Below, piece after piece: positions 59,641 through 64,000 of a stretch of DNA of 64,000 bases; position 1 is the stretch's first letter, and every line of letters starts with the position of its first letter. The translations under genes and the position numbers were made by a program. The stretch spans positions 2,571,801 through 2,635,800 of the forward strand of contig CAVPBA010000002.1 of the NCBI GenBank assembly GCA_963701805.1. Direction: 5' to 3'. The notes below the pieces were generated by a model. That model worked only from the letters and a program-made list of their open reading frames with translations. It did no database searches and was not told the origin of the DNA. Source of the stretch: Terriglobales bacterium (lineage in GTDB: Bacteria > Acidobacteriota > Terriglobia > Terriglobales > Acidobacteriaceae).

Positions 59641-61068
59641 ATGACCAACCCAACTACGATTTTGATTGCTGGAATTGCTGCGCTGATGCTGATCCTGCTG
59701 ATGGGAATCCTGGCCAGGATGTATCGCAAAGCGGGCCCCAATGAAGCCCTGATCGTGTACGGATTTCGCGGTCCTCGAGTCATCAAGGGCCACGGCACCG
59801 TGATCTTTCCCATGGTGGAGAACTGCCGCGAGCTGAGCCTGGAGCTGATGAGCTTCGACGTGGCTCCGCAGCAGGATCTCTACACCAAGCAGGGCGTGGC
59901 GGTCACAGTGGAAGCAGTGGCGCAGATCAAGGTGCGCAGCGACCAGGCCTCGATCCTCACGGCCGCCGAGCAGTTTCTTACCAAGCCGCAGCAGCAGCGC
60001 GAAGGCCTGATCCGGCTGGTCATGGAGGGGCACCTGCGCGGGATTATCGGCCAGTTGACCGTGGAGCAGATCGTGAAGGAACCGGAGATGGTGGGCGACC
60101 GAATGCGGGCCACCTGCGCCGATGACATGAGCAAGATGGGCCTCGAAGTCATTTCGTTCACCATCAAGGAAGTGCGCGACAAGAATGAGTACATCTCCAA
60201 CATGGGCCGCCCGGATATTGCGCGCATCAAGCGCGACGCGGAAATGGCCACGGCCGACGCAGAGCGCGACACCGCCATCAAGCGCGCCACGGCTTTGAGA
60301 GAATCTGCCGTCGCCAAGGCGATGGCCGACCAGGAACGCGTGATTGCCGAAACCGCTTCGCAAACCAGGCAGGCCGAAGCGCAGCGCGATCTGGAGATCA
60401 AGAAAGCGGAGTATGCGGAACAGAGCCGCCGCCAGCAGGCCACGGCCGATAAGGCATACGAATTGCAGACCAACGTGATGCTGCAACAGGTAACCGCGGA
60501 ACAGGTGAAGGTGCAGCAGGTCGAGAAGGAAGGCCAGATCAAGGTGCAGGAAGCGGAAATTCTGCGCCACGAGAAAGAACTGATTGCCACGGTTCTGAAG
60601 GGCGCGGAAATCGAACGGCAGCGCATCGAGAACATGGCCGCAGCGGAGAAGAACCGCCTGACGGCCGAAGCCGAAGGCCGCGCCGCCGCGATCCGTACCC
60701 AGGGTGAAGCGGAGGCGTCCATCATCTTCCAAAAGGGAGAGTCTGAAGCCAAGGCGATGAATGTGAAGGCCGAGGCTTATCAGCAATGGAACCAGGCCGC
60801 GGTGGTCGACAAGCTGCTCACCAACATGGCCGATGTGGTGCGCGCCATGGCCGAGCCGCTCTCGAAGGTCGAGAAGATCACCATCGTGTCGACGGGGAAT
60901 GACAGCAGCGCCGGCGTGCACAAGATTACCGGCGACATGACCAAGATCGCGGCCCAGGTGCCGGCATTGTTTGAGGCGCTCAGCGGCATGGACATCAAGC
61001 AGCTGATGTCGAATGTGCAGGGCATGAAGCAGAAACCAAACGGGAGCGGAGAAGCGCCCAAGAGCTAG
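59641..61068 (+). CDS. Flotillin (SPFH domain) protein
   Basis: YRKAGPNEALIVYG, VAQIKV, MEGHLRGIIG, AEA coiled-coil repeats. Confidence 0.93.
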   Translation: MTNPTTILIAGIAALMLILLMGILARMYRKAGPNEALIVYGFRGPRVIKGHGTVIFPMVENCRELSLELMSFDVAPQQDLYTKQGVAVTVEAVAQIKVRSDQASILTAAEQFLTKPQQQREGLIRLVMEGHLRGIIGQLTVEQIVKEPEMVGDRMRATCADDMSKMGLEVISFTIKEVRDKNEYISNMGRPDIARIKRDAEMATADAERDTAIKRATALRESAVAKAMADQERVIAETASQTRQAEAQRDLEIKKAEYAEQSRRQQATADKAYELQTNVMLQQVTAEQVKVQQVEKEGQIKVQEAEILRHEKELIATVLKGAEIERQRIENMAAAEKNRLTAEAEGRAAAIRTQGEAEASIIFQKGESEAKAMNVKAEAYQQWNQAAVVDKLLTNMADVVRAMAEPLSKVEKITIVSTGNDSSAGVHKITGDMTKIAAQVPALFEALSGMDIKQLMSNVQGMKQKPNGSGEAPKS

Positions 61069-61079
61069 CCGTCACGTGT

Positions 61080-61228
61080 CAGCTATTAGCCTTTGGCTTC
61101 CGGTTCCTGGGCAATCAGGAATCGGAGGCTCAAGGAGGTTCAAGGAAACAAGGCGGTTTTTGAATCAGGCAACGCAGTCAGTTGCAAAAACAATCGAGCT
61201 CATGGCTTAAGGCTAATAGCTATCAGCT
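61080..61228. repeat. Paired inverted TAGCT-type heptamer arrays
   Basis: cagctat-tagcctt-tggcttc ... ggcttaa-ggctaat-agctatc-agct. Confidence 0.6.
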
Positions 61229-61242
61229 CAGGGGAGGGTGGT

Positions 61243-61911
61243 ATGTCATTACTCGACAGGGTAAGCACATTGCTTCGCGCCAATCTCAACGATCTGGTTG
61301 ACAAGGCTGAGGACCCGGAGCGGATGTTGAAGCAGGTTGTTCTGGACATGGAGAACCAGTTGCTCCAGGTGAAGACCCAGGTGGCCATCGCGATTGCCGA
61401 CGAGCACCTGCTGACCAAGAAGCGAACCGAGCACGAGCGGGAGTCGGCCGAATGGCGGCGCAAGGCGGAGCTGGCCGTGCAGAAAGGCATGGACGACCTG
61501 GCGCGCGGAGCAATCGAGCGGGCGCTGAGCCACGACCAACTGGCGGCGGGGTTTGGGAGCCAGGCGGAAGATCAGAAGCACGAGGCCGATACTCTCCGCC
61601 AGGCATTGCGCAAACTGGACCAGAAGCTGAGCGAGACGCGGGCTCACTGCGAAATGCTGGTGGCCGAGCATCGCCGCGCCAGGGTTGTTGGCCGCGCCGC
61701 CAAGGCGCGCCAGGCGGCCGGCCCGGATCAGGACCATACGATGGATCGGATGAAAAGCCGCGTCCGCACCCAGGCCGCCGAGAATGCCGCAACGGCGGAG
61801 ATCATGGTCCCGGAATCGCTTGAAGACAAGTTCAAGACGCTGGAAAGTGAGGACAAGGTCGAATTGCTTTTGAGCGAGATGAAGAATCGGCATGCACTGC
61901 CGCGAGGCTGA
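61243..61911 (+). CDS. PspA/IM30 family protein
   Basis: MSLLDRVSTLLRANLNDLVDKAEDPERML...WRRKAELAV...DDLARGA. Confidence 0.92.
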   Translation: MSLLDRVSTLLRANLNDLVDKAEDPERMLKQVVLDMENQLLQVKTQVAIAIADEHLLTKKRTEHERESAEWRRKAELAVQKGMDDLARGAIERALSHDQLAAGFGSQAEDQKHEADTLRQALRKLDQKLSETRAHCEMLVAEHRRARVVGRAAKARQAAGPDQDHTMDRMKSRVRTQAAENAATAEIMVPESLEDKFKTLESEDKVELLLSEMKNRHALPRG

Positions 61912-62005
61912 CGATTCGATCGCAGTATGGACCGAACAGGAATGCAGGATGGTCGGGTTTCAGGAAATACTGCAAACCAAATCACAATTTCAGAGGGTCG
62001 GAACG

Positions 62006-62389
62006 ATGACGCTTGACTGGAGTTGCGGCGCGCTTGCCGATGGCCTGCGATGTTACCGCAACGAGGACTTCTTCCTGGCCCACGAACACTGGGAAGCCAT
62101 CTGGCTGCAATGTGAGGAGCCGGAGAAGACGTTCCTGCAGGCGTTGATTCAAGTCACGGCGGCATTTCACCACCTGCAGCGGAACAACGTCATCGGTTCC
62201 GCGTCGCTGTTGCAGGCCGCGCTGCGGCGGCTTGATCGATTTCCTGGCGACTACGGCGGTATCGCGGTTGAATCGTTGCGCGAGGACATCCGCGCCTGGC
62301 TGGTCGTGCTGAACGGCGGGCGCTCCTCACCGCCATTGTCTTTCCCCCACATCGGAAGCTTGCCTCAGGACGGCTCGCAGGCCGGCTAG
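62006..62389 (+). CDS. DUF309 family protein
   Basis: FFLAHEHWEAIW...FLQALIQVTAAFHH. Confidence 0.85.
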   Translation: MTLDWSCGALADGLRCYRNEDFFLAHEHWEAIWLQCEEPEKTFLQALIQVTAAFHHLQRNNVIGSASLLQAALRRLDRFPGDYGGIAVESLREDIRAWLVVLNGGRSSPPLSFPHIGSLPQDGSQAG

Positions 62390-62390
62390 T

Positions 62391-62790
62391 CCGGATTTCT
62401 CACAAGCTTCGAATGCTTGAGTCGCCGCTTGATCGAAGTGACGGATTACAGTTTTACAGTTTTACAGGGCTACCCGGGGGAGGGGTACCATCCCGGCTCG
62501 ATCTATCCTCTGCAAGTTACTGAATAAAAAACAGATATACGCGCCATCCAGAAAATCCAAACGGTCCTAAAGGGCCCTATAGGGTTCCTGAAGTGTTCAG
62601 AACGAAACCCGAATTGCTTCCGCTGCTCCGGGTTCTGCCCGGGGGCCGCACTTCGACCCTGTCTTTCCACCTCTATTGTGGCAGAACCGGCAGATAGAAA
62701 ATGCAAAAGCGCGCGCATTCTTTGCGCATTCACTAAGACTCCACAATCACGAAGACGAGGGCCGCGGGCTATGAGAAATGCGGGGCAGGC
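62391..62790 (-). repeat. ~400-bp dispersed non-coding element, copy 2 (inverted relative to copy 1)
   Basis: Reverse complement aligns with 38846-39216. Confidence 0.85.
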
Positions 62791-62836
62791 TCCCGCAAAT
62801 GATTTTGAGGTTCGTGCACTGACTGGATTCGCGGAC

Positions 62837-64000
62837 CTACGGTTGAGACAATCCCTGGGTTACAAGCCGCTGCTTCACCAGCTTCAGCCCGGCCTGCGCT
62901 TTTTCGTGGGCCGCAGGACACCCGACGACACGCTCGTACTGAGCTTGTGCTTCTTCTAACTGACCGGCATGCAGGTAGTGTTCAGCGCGATCGAGAGTCT
63001 TGGGGATCTCTGACTCGGTGAGGTCGCATTTGCCGGTAACTCTCGGCACCGGCCTGGTCTCGCCAGCCTGGTCGGGCTTGGGCTGCTTTTCGCCCAAAGT
63101 GTGGATCGGCTTGGTTGACGGCGGTTTCGCGGGTGTTGCCGGCGGGACTGTCGCCGGGGTCGAAACCGGCGCCGGCGATGGTTCGGCAGTGGTGATTGAC
63201 GGCGCGGGAGGTGGAACGGTTTTGGCGTGATTGCCCGAAACCAGAAAGGGAATCAGCACCGCGCCGAATACCACCACGGCGGCAGCCGCTCCGCCCACGA
63301 TCAGCCATTTCTTCGTTCCCGGCGGCGCTGGAGCCGGCTCACGGCGGGTGGGTCCGAGAAGGTCATCCTCCGGCGCCGCAGCAGAGACCTCGGGCTCGAC
63401 GTCAGGCCTGACAGTGGCGGTCACAGCTCTCGGGGCGGGCGGCTGCAACTCTGCCGGGCAAGGATCTTCGCGGCCCAGCTCGCGGATCTGGAGCAACATC
63501 GACTGCTCGTCCGCAGCCGGATTTGCGGCGGCCCCACTTCTCCATAGCATTTCGCGCCAGCCACCGGGCCCCGCCGCATCGCGCAGCTTGATGTTCGGCA
63601 GCTGGTACACCGATTCCGCAACGGTGGCGCCAAGGAGAATCCGCCCCGGCGAGGCTTTCTCGAGCGCGGCCTGCGCCGATGCGGCGCTCGGATCCTCGGC
63701 CGAATGGACCAGGATCGTCGCCGTCGCGTTTCCGGACTCGCCCCCCAGCCCTTCGAGCGCCCATTGCAGTCGCCGCGCGGTGAGCAGGGCCGAGGGAAGG
63801 TTTGGGAATCCAGCCGTCACGACGGCATCGCCGCCCGCGTCCCTAGTTCCGCCGGACGCCTTGATCAGATCGAGAGCAAGGGCAGCCGAGGACCCGGCGC
63901 TGTTCCAGGAAACGCCCGCGGGCGCCCCGGTGCCATCGGATGCAAATAAGCGGACTGCAAGTACGAATGCGCGCTGATTTTCCGCCTTCGCGTCGGGCGC
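62837..64000 (-). CDS. Hypothetical membrane protein (TM, Pro-rich linker, C-terminal TPR-like helices), probably 5'-truncated
   Basis: WLIVGGAAAAVVVFGAVLIPFLV TM; AEHYLHAGQLEEAQAQYERV. Confidence 0.65.
   Translation of the reverse strand, partial: APDAKAENQRAFVLAVRLFASDGTGAPAGVSWNSAGSSAALALDLIKASGGTRDAGGDAVVTAGFPNLPSALLTARRLQWALEGLGGESGNATATILVHSAEDPSAASAQAALEKASPGRILLGATVAESVYQLPNIKLRDAAGPGGWREMLWRSGAAANPAADEQSMLLQIRELGREDPCPAELQPPAPRAVTATVRPDVEPEVSAAAPEDDLLGPTRREPAPAPPGTKKWLIVGGAAAAVVVFGAVLIPFLVSGNHAKTVPPPAPSITTAEPSPAPVSTPATVPPATPAKPPSTKPIHTLGEKQPKPDQAGETRPVPRVTGKCDLTESEIPKTLDRAEHYLHAGQLEEAQAQYERVVGCPAAHEKAQAGLKLVKQRLVTQGLSQP

Overview
GC-rich (~62% by eye) bacterial chromosome window whose gene content and style suggest Acidobacteriota (inferred; no search run). 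From 4.3 to 28.5 kb lies the tRNA-tuf-rpmG-secE-nusG-rplK...rplA-rplJ-rplL-rpoB-rpoC cluster on the minus strand. rplK and rplA are separated by ~7.6 kb of unrelated genes, and rplA has its own promoter and what looks like a circularly permuted L1-binding operator. rpoB, rpoC and three other genes in the first 29 kb carry frameshifts that are most likely assembly indel errors. The right half holds a Ser/Thr kinase, an ECF sigma with a putative anti-sigma, recA, and a porin-cytochrome cluster (decaheme MtrA/DmsE type, beta-barrel, two monoheme cytochromes, NapC/NirT type) divergent from a Cys-rich Crp/Fnr regulator. It also holds an apparently inactive S53 protease and an XRE-NfeD-flotillin-PspA operon. 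Three layers of non-coding repeats are visible: (1) paired inverted arrays of 7-nt repeats in many intergenic regions, (2) GTGC-type REP-like palindromes, two of them translated inside ORFs, and (3) two diverged ~370-400 bp copies of an unexplained element in inverted orientation ~23 kb apart. All product calls are from motif recognition by eye.
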